A stretch of DNA of 63,991 bases, the filler included, from Octopus bimaculoides (lineage: Eukaryota): the NCBI RefSeq assembly GCF_001194135.2. It is 8 parts of 8 records of this genome, joined end to end, with 100 filler letters (N's around TTAATTAATTAA, not from the genome) between each part and the next. Parts side by side here need not be neighbours in the genome. Positions count along the whole stretch, not along the records: positions 30,067 to 44,418 come from NC_068986.1; positions 44,519 to 51,222 come from NC_069005.1; 6 more parts are not named here. One strand, written 5' to 3'. Shown in pieces: positions 33,172 through 44,550 of the stretch (positions within the stretch are counted from its first letter, which is position 1; each line of letters begins with the position of its first letter). The position numbers were made by a program, and so were the translations under genes. The notes below the pieces were generated by a model. That model was not told the DNA's origin. It searched no databases and saw only the letters and a list, made by a program, of their open reading frames with translations.

Positions 33172-33940
33172 ATGTCCTATACTAGTAGCATGAGCTTGTC
33201 TGAGTATTCCTCCTCAGAAGAGGAACTCCTTAGATCAATTGACAACGTAGACAAAATGAGTTTTGCAAATGCAGTTAAAAGCCACCAGAAAAATATTAAT
33301 TTGAACCAGATTGGAAAGTTTAATGAACTATTGAAAAAGACGGAAACAATGTAAATGTGTTCCCGCCCCAAGTTGTCATGTTAAGTCGAAAAGAGAAATT
33401 AACTGTGCTTCGAATGCTCTCGGTGGACAGCCGAAAACTTGAAATAACGACGCAGAGTCAAATAGAAAAAACGTTAAAACCCTTATGGGGTGAAATAAGG
33501 CATATAAACAGAGACAGGAAGTATGGCACGGTGGAGGTGCGGTTCAGGGATGCAGCAACCACCAGGTTGCACTCTGTAACCCCGCAGAAGACGAAGGAGG
33601 TAGTGCTTCTACCCACATACCTTGGAAGACGTACCTCCAGAGATAGATGCAGCCTGGTTAGTAGACCGTGATCCTGTAAGCTTGGAGGAGAAAGTGGTAG
33701 TCCTCCAAGCCATGTTCACGGCTCATAAGAATTGGCAGGGGCAAGGGCTGGAGATACTGATCCAAGCCACCCCTGTAGACATTGAAAATATGATTGAAAC
33801 CATCACGATAGAAGATGTGATGCTGAAGATTAAAGTGGAGGGTAGAATCCCTAGGTGTTACCTCCCACTGACACCAAAAGCAAAAAGGAAACTGCACCTC
33901 CACCTCCACCAGAAACCAACACAGAGACAACATCAAAGGA
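33172..33940 (+). pseudogene. ORF1 (gag-like) relic of an L1/Tx1-like LINE
   Basis: Broken frame: SFANAVKS...; LTVLRMLSVDSRK...GTVEVRFRD (RRM-like); EDVPPEIDAAWLV; ...LKIKVEGRIPRCY, where a CCHC knuckle would start. The sequence ends in a SINE-A body. Clade assignment is inference from architecture. Confidence 0.55.
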
Positions 33941-33941
33941 T

Positions 33942-34090
33942 GTTCTGAATTCAAATTAAGTCGAGGTCGACTTAGCTTTTCATCGTTTCGGATCGATAAA
34001 AAATAAGTACCATCTGAACACTGGAGTCGATGTAATCGTCTTACTCTTACCCCGAAATTACTGGCCTTGTTCCAAAATTTGAAATCGATA
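33942..34090 (+). mobile_element. SINE family A, headless copy, alternative tail
   Basis: ttcaaattaagtcgaggtcgac...ggagtcgatgtaatcg...ccaaaatttgaaatcgatat. Confidence 0.8.
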
Positions 34091-34117
34091 TATAATCTCC
34101 GTAACACTAAAGACGTC

Positions 34118-34330
34118 TAAGGCGGCGAGCTGGCAGAAGCTCCGGGCTAAATGCATAGCAGCTTTCCGTCTGAGTTCAAATTCCGCCGAGGTCGACTTCG
34201 CTTTTCATCTTTCGCGGTTGACATTGCTTTTCATCTTTCGAGGTCGATAAAATAAGTACCAGTTGAAAATTAAGGTCGATGTAATCGACTTACCCTACCC
34301 CTTAAATTGTGCCAAAATTTGAAACCAATA
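34118..34330 (+). mobile_element. SINE family A, alternative tail, small internal duplication
   Basis: Head taaggcggcgagctggcagaa; gcttttcatctttcg present twice; tail gtgccaaaatttgaaaccaatat. Confidence 0.85.
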
Positions 34331-35602
34331 TTGATGTCTGGAAAGCTATCGCAGATAAACTGCATTTTCATTATGCAAAACTAAAAAAAAAAGATAATAA
34401 TAATAAACACTACACCGACAGTAAATGAGAATACGAGAAAAATCTTTTAAGTGAACATATAAAAATGCGTGTAAGAATGAACGTACCTAATTTTCGAAAT
34501 ATTTCCAATTTATAAATGCACAGAAAGAACAACAGAGTAACAATGAATCAACAAAGAAAAGCAATGTATATGCCGCACTAAAAGTGTTGATTATTATTCA
34601 TCACTGTGAATAAAGCGCTTTGTTTTAAAGAAAACTATAATACAAAGACGGGTGTTACAAACTGTAACATTATATTACAAATACTTTCAAAAGCGAACAA
34701 CTCATTTGCCTTGAATAACTGAAAAAAGATATAAACCAGTGGGCTTTCACTTTTTTTAATTATATTTGAATTAAATGTGAAAATATTTGTTTTTAACAAT
34801 TATTCAAACTAAAGCTGTGCTTTTTCGTTAATTTTTCTTTTTTTTTTCAGTAATATGAGACAGTTGAACCAACTTCAAGGGTATGTGTACATACATACAT
34901 ACATACATGTATATATATATATGTATATCTGTGTGAGTGTATTGTAGTGGTAGTGGTGCTGATGTCNNNNNNNNNNNNNNNNNNNNNNNNNNNNNNNNNN
35001 NNNNTATATATATATATGAGTAGATATCTACTCAAATTACATCACTTTAACTTGGTATTTCTACCTATTAACCGGGTATGATATCCCAGTTTATGTGATT
35101 TTTGCTGCACTGGTAACTATTAACATATTTTCATTATTGAAGTTTTTTCAACCGAGATAATATTAATATATACATAAATCTACATATATATGTATATCTG
35201 TGTGAGTGTATTGTAGTGGTAGTGGTGCTGATGTCGGTAGAGGTTATTGTGTTGATGGTAGTGGAGTGCTAACGATAGATATGGTAGGAATGCTAGTGTC
35301 ACAATAACCCAGTATTTATGTTGTAGATGTGAAATACAAGAATGTCTACCATTGTCTTGTGCAGAAGGTTTGTTGCAGAGTCTAAGATCCGTTGTGAACT
35401 AGAAATTAAGAAATCCCCAGATATATTCATACAACACCCACAACATTAATCTATATCTCCCGTTATACCTTGTTATTCTTGTTGTTTAGCGTTCTATCCG
35501 TGACAATCTAAACTTTTATTCGTATATAGTACATTCATGACTGTTCTTGTATTTTTCTTTTAATTAGCTTTCGATAGCGAACCTTACAGAGATACACACA
35601 CA

Positions 35603-35800
35603 CACACACGTTTCAGTCATTTGACTGCGGCCATGCTGGAGCACCACCTTGAAGGGTTTTAGTCGAAGTCGACCCCAGAACTTATTCTTTGTAAACCTAG
35701 TATCTAATTTATCGGTGCGTTTTGTCGATCCGCTAAGTTACGGGGACATAAATACGCTAACATCGGCTGTCAAGTGATGATGGGGTGACAAACATAGGCA

Positions 35801-35836
<36 letters not shown>

Positions 35837-36270
35837 NNNNNNNNNNNNNNNNNNNNNNNNNNNNNNNNNNNNNNNNNNNNNNNNNNNNNNNNNNNNNNNN
35901 NNNNNNNNNNNNNNNNNNNNNNNNNNNNNNNNNNNNNNNNNNNNNNNNNNNNNNNNNNNNNNNNNNNNNNNNNNNNNNNNNNNNNNNNNNNNNNNNNNNN
36001 NNNNNNNNNNNNNNNNNNNNNNNNNNNNNNNNNNNNNNNNNNNNNNNNNNNNNNNNNNNNNNNNNNNNNNNNNNNNNNNNNNNNATATATATATATATAT
36101 ATATACAACGGGTTTCTTTAAGTTTCCGTTTACCAAATCCACTCACAAGGCTTTGGTCGGCTCGACGCTATAGTAGAAGACACTTGCTCAAGGTGCCACG
36201 CAGTGAGATTGAACCTGGAGCCATATGGATGGGAGGCAAGCTTCTTACCACATAGCTATGTCTGTGCCTA
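35603..36270 (-). mobile_element. SINE family B, full length, spanning a gap at its internal microsatellite
   Basis: The 3' part (35603-35800) and 5' part (36105-36270) are collinear with the copy at 62385-62725; (CA)n, N run and (TA)n lie between them. Confidence 0.88.
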
Positions 36271-36696
36271 TATATATTATCCAAAATGTTCTTCCTCTTT
36301 TAAGTTGATAGGGTGTGCTTTGAATGAGATTCAACTGCAATTTTCAGTTTGTCGAAGAACCACTTAGACACTCATGCATTCCACCGTTGTACCTGTTTAT
36401 AGCTTAGTAGACTGGGGCCACAAACACCAAGCATTTGTTGAAATTCAGAGATTAGGAGATGGTCTCGTCTTGCCCAGTCAATGAACTTCTCTTGCAATGC
36501 GTATCAGGAATTCAAGAAATGTGAGTTAATCCTGTTATGTCTGTGAGGTGTTTCCTTTTTAAAATGCCTGACTTTGGCGCCGAGGAAGCAGACAGGGCTT
36601 ACAATAGGAAGCCTACATTGATATATTGAGGTGAAGCAAGAAGATAAAAAAAACTATAAAGAAATTTCTTTCTATTCTACTCTATCCTCGTAACAG

Positions 36697-36796
36697 GAGA
36701 TTCAATCTTGGCAGTAAACTATTTATCAGATTTCTGCTTGGCACGCTTCCACCAAGCCATTTTCCCCCTTGGTCTAACTCTATGTTTTGCTGCCAG
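36697..36796 (+). CDS. Candidate 100-nt exon of an unidentified gene
   Basis: Long pyrimidine tract ttctttctattctactctatcctcgtaacag and consensus donor CAG|GTGAGT. Open in two frames; the phase 1 to 2 reading is DSILAVNYLSDFCLARFHQAIFPLGLTLCFAA. Confidence 0.4.
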
Positions 36797-37156
36797 GTGA
36801 GTACAGAATAGATAGTTTTGATACCACATAACACATAACAAGCTATTCTTTGTCAGATTTCGCCCTAGTATTGTTGTTTACAAACGTATTCTATTTTAGC
36901 GTTGTTTACATTAATCTGTAATTTATATTCTATGATAGTGGTAATAATGGTGCTGTTAGTGCTGGTGGCGGAGGCGGTGGGTGCTGGTGGCGGCGGTGAC
37001 AGCGATGATTGTGCTTGGTGAGTTGTAAACCCTCACCTGTATATCAAAATAACATGGGCTATTCTAAAATGTTACGTGTGTGTGTATGTACATATATATA
37101 CACACACACACATACATACATACATACATACAAACATACATGCATACATACATACA

Positions 37157-37362
37157 TGAGGGGTCGCTGAAAAGTTCCTGGCTTTAAGGGTATCGTGAAA
37201 GGCCTGGCTGAAGGCCAACCTTCCGAGATCTTATACAAGGCTTAGAAAAATTGAAGGACCACTGCAATAAGCGTATGAATCTGAGAGGAGAATAAAATCA
37301 TAATTAACTGATCGTCCTGTATTTTCTTTTACCCAAAGCCAGGAAATTTCAGCACACCCTCG
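37157..37362 (+). mobile_element. Mariner-derived MITE
   Basis: Imperfect ~30-bp TIRs (tgaggggtcgctgaaaagttcctggcttt / aaagccaggaaatttcagcacaccctcg, followed by TA). The internal 37239-37295 reads GLEKLKDHCNKRMNLRGE*, resembling a mariner transposase C-terminus. Confidence 0.8.
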
Positions 37363-38539
37363 TATATATATNNNNNNNNNNNNNNNNNNNNNNNNNNNNN
37401 NNNNNNNNNNNNNNNNNNNNNNNNNNNNNNNNNNNNNNNNNNNNNNNNNNNNNNNNNNNNNNNNNNNNNNNNNNNNNNNNNNNNNNNNNNNNNNNNNNNN
37501 NNNNNNNNNNNNNNNNNNNNNNNNNNNNNNNNNNNNNNNNNNNNNNNNNNNNNNNNNNNNNNNNNNNNNNNNNNNNNNNNNNNNNNNNNNNNNNNNNNNN
37601 NNNNNNNNNNNNNNNNNNNNNNNNNNNNNNNNNNNNNNNNNNNNNNNNNNNNNNNNNNNNNNNNNNNNNNNNNNNNNNNNNNNNNNNNNNNNNNNNNNNN
37701 NNNNNNNNNNNNNNNNNNNNNNNNNNNNNNNNNNNNNNNNNNNNNNNNNNNNNNNNNNNNNNNNNNNNNNNNNNNNNNNNNNNNNNNNNNNNNNNNNNNN
37801 NNNNNNNNNNNNNNNNNNNNNNNNNNNNNNNNNNNNNNNNNNNNNNNNNNNNNNNNNNNNNNNNNNNNNNNNNNNNNNNNNNNNNNNNNNNNNNNNNNNN
37901 NNNNNNNNNNNNNNNNNNNNNNNNNNNNNNNNNNNNNNNNNNNNNNNNNNNNNNNNNNNNNNNNNNNNNNNNNNNNNNNNNNNNNNNNNNNNNNNNNNNN
38001 NNNNNNNNNNNNNNNNNNNNNNNNNNNNNNNNNNNNNNNNNNNNNNNNNNNNNNNNNNNNNNNNNNNNNNNNNNNNNNNNNNNNNNNATATATATATATA
38101 TATATATATAAAACTGTCACCTCACCACATCAAGAATATAACTTATTTTACCCCTACAATATCTCCATCCCCACCCTACCCGTTGATGGATTTCAACTTT
38201 GAACATTGAAGTGGAAAACTAGAAAAATTGTTGAGTAGTTAAGAGCTTCGCTTCGTAACCACAGGGTTTCAAGGTCGATCCCAGTCCCATGGCGTAGCAC
38301 TTTAGTATACTGTTATATACAGCTTTCGGACCGACGAAAACTATATCTTTTTCAATTTTGGTAGACGGGCATGGGGTATGCAGTTAAGAAATTCGCTTCG
38401 TATTCATAGGGTTTTGAGTTCGATACTATAGCGTAGCATTTTGGACAAGTATTATACTATATCATACAAAACTTGGATCGGCAAAAGGCTTGTCTATGAA
38501 ATTTGATTCGCGGAAACTGCGTAAAAGCTCGTTGTGAGG

Positions 38540-38805
38540 ACAATTCCTTGGATCTTGGTCCCTAGGTACCTGTAATGATGTCCATGCTGTTATAAGCATC
38601 CAGGTAAGTTCTACACCCCGAGAGTATCGTTCACATTTCTTACCACCTGTTTCGAAAGACCCTGAAAGGGCGCTGGGGTGGGGATCTGCCCTTTCTCCTC
38701 CCTCATCCTTCTCATTTTAATCTTCATCTTCCTCCTCCTATAAGTTATGCTTTCGAATCTAAAATATAACTCCTCCCCCTTCACCTCAGTAAATTTTGTA
38801 TCCAT
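38540..38805 (-). pseudogene. Possible further LINE ORF1 relic
   Basis: ITYRRRKMKIK and VELTWMLITA weakly parallel PTYLGRRTSR and EIDAAWLV in the 33.3-kb relic. Confidence 0.25.
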
Positions 38806-38837
38806 GAAGCAATTAAAGAAATCGATAGGAAAGAGAC

Positions 38838-38864
38838 GGACAGACTGGTAGATAGATAGATGGC

Positions 38865-38933
<69 letters not shown>

Positions 38934-39056
38934 GGATGGGTAGGTAGGTAGGTAGGTAGGTAGGTAGGTAGGTAGGTAGGTAGGTAGGTAGGTGGGTGGG
39001 TGGATGGATAGATGGATAGATAGATAGAGAGGTAGATGGATAGAGAGAGATAGATG

Positions 39057-39141
<85 letters not shown>

Positions 39142-39148
39142 ACAGACA
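38838..39148. repeat. Compound tetranucleotide array (GATA)n/(GGTA)n/(GGAT)n
   Basis: Directly visible. Confidence 0.97.
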
Positions 39149-39379
39149 GAGGTGAGAAAGGATGTTTAAAAAGAGAATCAAATCGAATTGAGCGAGCGTT
39201 GGAGATGAAAAGAAGTGAAAAAAAAAAATGAAAAAAAGAGAATGACGGATAAAATAGAACATTATCTGAATATATGTTATTAGCTGAGAGATGGTGGCGA
39301 AGGAAATGATAAAAGATAAAGAATCAATGAGGAAATAAGAATGGTAAGAAAAAGTAGAGATAGAGAGTGAGAAGTGAGA

Positions 39380-39410
<31 letters not shown>

Positions 39411-39713
39411 GAATAAATATAAAGTACTATGAAAAGGTGAGAGAAAGAAAGGAAGGAAGATGTATAGAGGAGAATATAAAAGGTAGAGAAAACAGCCGAA
39501 AGAGAGAAAGAAAGAGAGAGAGGGGGAGAGAGAGACAGACAGACAGAGATTATAGATGATAACGTGACAAAGGAAATTGTGCAATATAAATTGAAGTTAC
39601 GTTATGTAGGTACGTCTGTCTGTCATATGTGTATGTATTCATGTATTCATGTAAATGCATCTGAAATGTATGTGGTTGGGTGGGTGTGTAAATGTGTGTC
39701 TGTGTGTGTATGT

Positions 39714-39753
<40 letters not shown>

Positions 39754-40527
39754 ATATGATATATATAAGCTTGACAGATGAAAAATTGCATTTGAAAAAA
39801 TTGTATTTGAAAACGTGTATGGAATAAATATATATATACATATACAAACACGCATTTAATTATACATATGTGTATGAGTGAGTGTGTGTGTGTGTGTGTG
39901 TGTGTATNNNNNNNNNNNNNNNNNNNNNNNNNNNNNNNNNNNNNNNNNNNNNNNNNNNNNNNNNNNNNNNNNNNNNNNNNNNNNNNNNNNNNNNNNNNNN
40001 NNNNNNNNNNNNNNNNNNNNNNNNNNNNNNNNNNNNNNNNNNNNNNNNNNNNNNNNNNNNNNNNNNNNNNNNGTGGTGGTGGTGGTGGCGGTGGTGGTGG
40101 TCGTTGTTGTCATCGTTGTTGATTCAGTTGCTGCTGCTGCTGCTGCTACTGCTGTCATAGCGCCAGCTCATCCCTGAATGAGCAAACTTACAAGCAAAGG
40201 CGTCACAACAATGCCCATCTCTAGCTCCTGTATAGATATATATATATACCGTATGGACGGAACCCCTCTGGTAATAGATCAGTCTGGTCGGAATTAATCT
40301 AGGAGACACAAGAACATTTGGATCTATTATAAATAACAGCCAGATCTCCCTTGTTTAAAAATCTTTTTTTGTGCACTTCCCTTGCTTTCAACCTGTGCCA
40401 ATGTAGTAAATAATATAGTAGAGCGATTTGGCGTCTATTTCTAGCATGTGGCGTTACTCATTAGTGCCCTTATTATAATTATATTTATATAATTATATAT
40501 TTTGTGTATATATATATTTCACTTGTT

Positions 40528-40680
40528 CCCACACAATTTCCGTCTACCAAATTCACACGCAAGGCATTTGTCGACCCGGGGCTATAGTAGGAAACAACAG
40601 CTGCCCAAAGTGCTGCGCGGTGGGACTGAACCCGAAACCATCCATTGCAAAAACGAGCTTCTTAACCACACACGCATGCT
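40528..40680 (-). mobile_element. SINE family B, 5' part, diverged
   Basis: tttccgtctaccaaattcac...gctatagtag...gcggtgggactgaacccgaaacc. Confidence 0.75.
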
Positions 40681-40710
40681 TGGGCCTAAAATTAAGAAAG
40701 TAAAATCCAA

Positions 40711-40787
40711 GGCCTCTGCGGTATTCGAACCCTCGACGTCCACGTCACTAAAATGGGCGCTCTAAACAACTGAGCAGTTATGGGGCG
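40711..40787 (-). pseudogene. Degenerate tRNA-like sequence, probably tRNA-Thr(AGT)-derived
   Basis: The minus strand reads GCCCCATAACTGCTCAGTTGTTTAGAGCGCCCATTTTAGTGACGTGGACGTCGAGGGTTCGAATACCGCAGAGGCC. It has a D-arm GCTCAG..AGAGC, an AGT in the anticodon region and a B box GGTTCGAATAC, but the stems are broken. Confidence 0.45.
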
Positions 40788-40903
40788 GGAACGTGTAGTG
40801 AGGTACCACAGAAAAATATGAACGATAATGAACGATAATGAGAAAAGTTTGGAGGACCGCTGATATCAAGGCTCTCTCGGTGTATTGTGATGAGCTAGTT
40901 TAT

Positions 40904-41240
40904 TGTTGTTGTTGGCACAGCCTGCTCGTGAAATTAACGTGCAAGTGGCTGAGCACTCAACAGACACGTGTACCCTTAACGTAGTTCTCGGGGATATTCA
41001 GCGTGACACAGTGTGACAAGGCTGACCCTTTGAATTACAGGTACAACAGAAACAGGAAGTAAGAGTGAGAGAAAGTTGTGGAAGAGTACAGCAGGGTTCG
41101 CCACCATCCCCTGCCGGAGCCTCGTGGAGCTTTAGGTGTTTTCGCTCAATAAACACTCACAACGCCCGGTCTGGGAATCGAAACCGCGATCCTATGACCG
41201 CGAGTCCGCTGCCCTAACCACTGGGCCATTGCACCTCCAC
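40904..41240 (-). mobile_element. SINE family C, full length with internal 48-bp deletion
   Basis: Reverse complement of 3959-4345; (CAA)n tail; 14-bp TSD ATGAGCTAGTTTAT (40890-40903 and 41241-41254). Confidence 0.93.
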
Positions 41241-41514
41241 ATGAGCTAGTTTATATCAGTGATGAAACAGGAAGTTGCTATGTATATGCATTTCCCAAGG
41301 ACATTAATGACATTGATGGAATGGTATCAATTTTTATTTAATATCCATTGTTGTGTGGGTTCGATTCCATGATAATTCATAATTACTCTACTCTCACCGG
41401 CTATGTTTTATAGATTTCATAGGGGATTTATAGAAGGGTACATAGTGTTTTCATAGGGACAAGTGTTTCACTTCCCTCGTGTTGCCAAACCCTTTTTGTT
41501 TAGCTTTAATCAAA

Positions 41515-41670
41515 GCTGAGCAGATACCTGATCAAAGGCCTTCTAGCCATGGCCATTGCATCATTTTGTTCATCCATAATGTATCTTGGACTACATTAGC
41601 TAATGTGTCCTATTTTTGAAGTGGTAGATTGTGACTAAGGGACATTTGACTATTATTTCTAACAGGTCGT
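41515..41670 (+). mobile_element. Ancient dispersed repeat (probably an old SINE body/tail)
   Basis: tgatcaaaggcc..ccatggccat...gtag..tgtga..aggga..tttg.ct..tatttcta..aggtcg. Diverged pieces also occur near 3610-3650, 22610-22710 (-), 36300-36365, 51330-51390 and 51760-51910. Confidence 0.5.
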
Positions 41671-41994
41671 TGGTTTAAATGGGTAAGAGGGTTGCTTGTG
41701 GAAGAAATTAATATTTCATAAATGAAAAGTCGAAGACTTTAGAGTGACAGTCCTCCCGACTTCGATATGGTTTCAGTATTTGGTTGAGATCATTTCATTC
41801 CATTATACTCTGACATTCCTCACTGAAGAAGCATGAATCCCACAACATCATATTGTTTTCCCTGTAGCACAAAGCGTTCTAACCTTATCTCAAAAGAAAA
41901 TAAATGTTTGTTTTTTACGATAATGTGCTGAATTCGAAGGTTAGAACGAGCTTTGCCGTAAGGAGAGATCACTCAGTTAACATGATTATTGATT

Positions 41995-42202
41995 TAAATT
42001 TTTGGCTCAAGGCCAGTAAGTCTGGGGCATGGGTTAAATCGATAACATCGATATCAGTGTTCAACTGGTATTTATTTAACGACCCCGAAAGGCTGAAAGA
42101 TGAAGTCGACCTCGACGGAATTTGAACCTAGATCGTAAGGACGGACGAAATGCTGCTAAGCATTTTCCCCAGCGTGCTAACGATTCTACCAGCTCGCCGC
42201 CT
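41995..42202 (-). mobile_element. SINE family A, full length, alternative tail
   Basis: Head reverse complement aggcggcgagctggtagaatcgttagcacg; body as in other family-A copies. Confidence 0.88.
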
Positions 42203-42242
42203 CCAGTTAACAATATTATTATGTCTTTCTTTTCGAATGTAC

Positions 42243-42540
<298 letters not shown>

Positions 42541-43518
42541 AGTATATAGACGTAAAGAAACGAGCTTGCGTCTAATCGACAGAAATTAATTTTCCTTGAG
42601 AATCTTAAATTGTTCATTTGAAAAGTAAAAAGAAAAAAAAACACGATTAAGATCGTTTTGGTCTTCCATAGAGGACGGGTATCAATTGTACGTTCCTCTT
42701 GAAAAAAACGAAGCCAAATTGCCTAACAACGAAGTGAGCACGTGACCCGAGCAGGTGAGCCGTATTTGACCGATAGGACACAAAATAGAATGAAACACAA
42801 AGGAGGCTTCACGGTAAGAATGATAAAGAAAACCGAAAAGGAACTGAAATACGAATTGAACAAAGGAGAAAAGGGTAATTGCAAGAAAACTTGACAAAAC
42901 AGTGGCTGATCAACAGATAGACCAACAGACAGGTTGGTTGGTTGGTTGGTTTGTGAAATAGACGGAGGAGATGGATAGATAGATTGTGAGATATATGTAT
43001 ATATATATATATATATATATGAAGAAGGGTGAGACGGATGGATGCATAAATAGATGGACAGAGAGACGAGCGAACGGACGGAGTGGATAACGAGTTAACA
43101 CAACGATTAAACAAATAGTGTGTGCCTGCGTGTACGTGTGTGGGTGTGTGTGTTTATGCGTGCATGTTTGTGTTTGTGTGTGTGTGCGTTTGTATGCATG
43201 CGTGCGAGCGTGCGTGCGTGCGTCGCGCGTGTAAGCGTGTGAATGTGTGTGCGTTTTCTGTTTGTCTGTCTGTCTACATGTCAGTGCGTCTGTGTGCGTA
43301 TAAATATATGTATATATATTATAATTACTATTATGTGTGTATATATATAATAGTAATTATGATATATTTATTATTATATAATACATATACAATAATAATG
43401 ATAATAAAAATATATTTTATAATTATAGTGTGGGGAGGGAGCAAGAGAGAGCAGAAAGAGTGTATCAACATAATGATTGGCTAACCAAACCGATAATTTG
43501 ACGCACAAATTGAGAGAT

Positions 43519-43550
<32 letters not shown>

Positions 43551-43647
43551 TTTTCTTTTTTAGGGGAAAATATATATTTAAACATATTGTTGACTGGCTG
43601 AAACAGAGTAGCTGTCATTGTATGTTTGTATGTATGTACACAAAGGC

Positions 43648-43701
<54 letters not shown>

Positions 43702-44129
43702 ATATATATGTATATAAACAGGGTGCGTAAGGTATTTGAGAACATACCCTGTTTTGGGTCATTGCTGCAGTTTTTGCTAACTCTATATAATCTTTGTGGC
43801 AGACCCTCAGCTTACCCAAGAAATGAAGAGGCCGATAGTTGTTGTTGACAAACAACGGCACTAATTTTTTTCAAGGGAAAAGATCCCATTACACCGCCAC
43901 AACGTCTTGTTGACAATCCACAGCAGTAATTGTTTTCACCTCAATGGACGTCAGTGATTGGTTGAAATTGCCGAAAAACGACAATTTTAACACGAAATAA
44001 CTTTAAAAATATAAACTTTTCTCAACAACACTAAGAGTAAAAGATGTTTTATATGACACATTCTACAAGTGTCCCATGCTTGAAAGTGTTTCGTTAAGAA
44101 AACAAGTGGTGTCCGCCAAATCAGAAAGA

Positions 44130-44208
44130 TCCAGTACTAGGCTTACAAAGAATAAGTCCTGGGGTCGATTTGCTCGACTAAAGGCGGTGCTACAGTATGG
44201 CCACAGTC
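44130..44208 (+). mobile_element. SINE family B, 3' end only
   Basis: agtactaggcttacaaagaataagtcctggggtcgatttgctcgactaaaggcggtgct, near-identical to 62632-62700. Confidence 0.88.
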
Positions 44209-44246
44209 ATATACATACATATGAGTATATATATATGTACACACAC

Positions 44247-44310
<64 letters not shown>

Positions 44311-44518
44311 GGGAAGGCATTATGAATATGTGCACACACTGTCACATTGAAAACTTTTGCCGAATTGTTCTACTGGTGAAGCAATTGCATTTTCTACGCG
44401 TCTTAGAGCGCACATCCCNNNNNNNNNNNNNNNNNNNNNNNNNNNNNNNNNNNNNNNNNNNNTTAATTAATTAANNNNNNNNNNNNNNNNNNNNNNNNNN
44501 NNNNNNNNNNNNNNNNNN

Positions 44519-44550
<32 letters not shown>

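Noticed and set aside
34914-35235. ~53-bp direct duplication either side of a short gap
   Set aside because: Same contig-end pattern; probable assembly artefact.
38566-38603. 38-nt exon candidate with CAG|GTAAGT donor (TCNDVHAVISIQ)
   Set aside because: Its phase is incompatible with the 36.7-kb candidate, and it overlaps a possible minus-strand ORF1 relic.
42672-42733. Exon candidate DGYQLYVPLEKNEAKLPNNE
   Set aside because: Plausible signals but no homology or linkage; such hits are expected by chance in 64 kb.
43716-43754. aaacagggt...accctgttt inverted repeat resembling Tc1 ends
   Set aside because: Only 9 bp, with no TA TSD on both sides.
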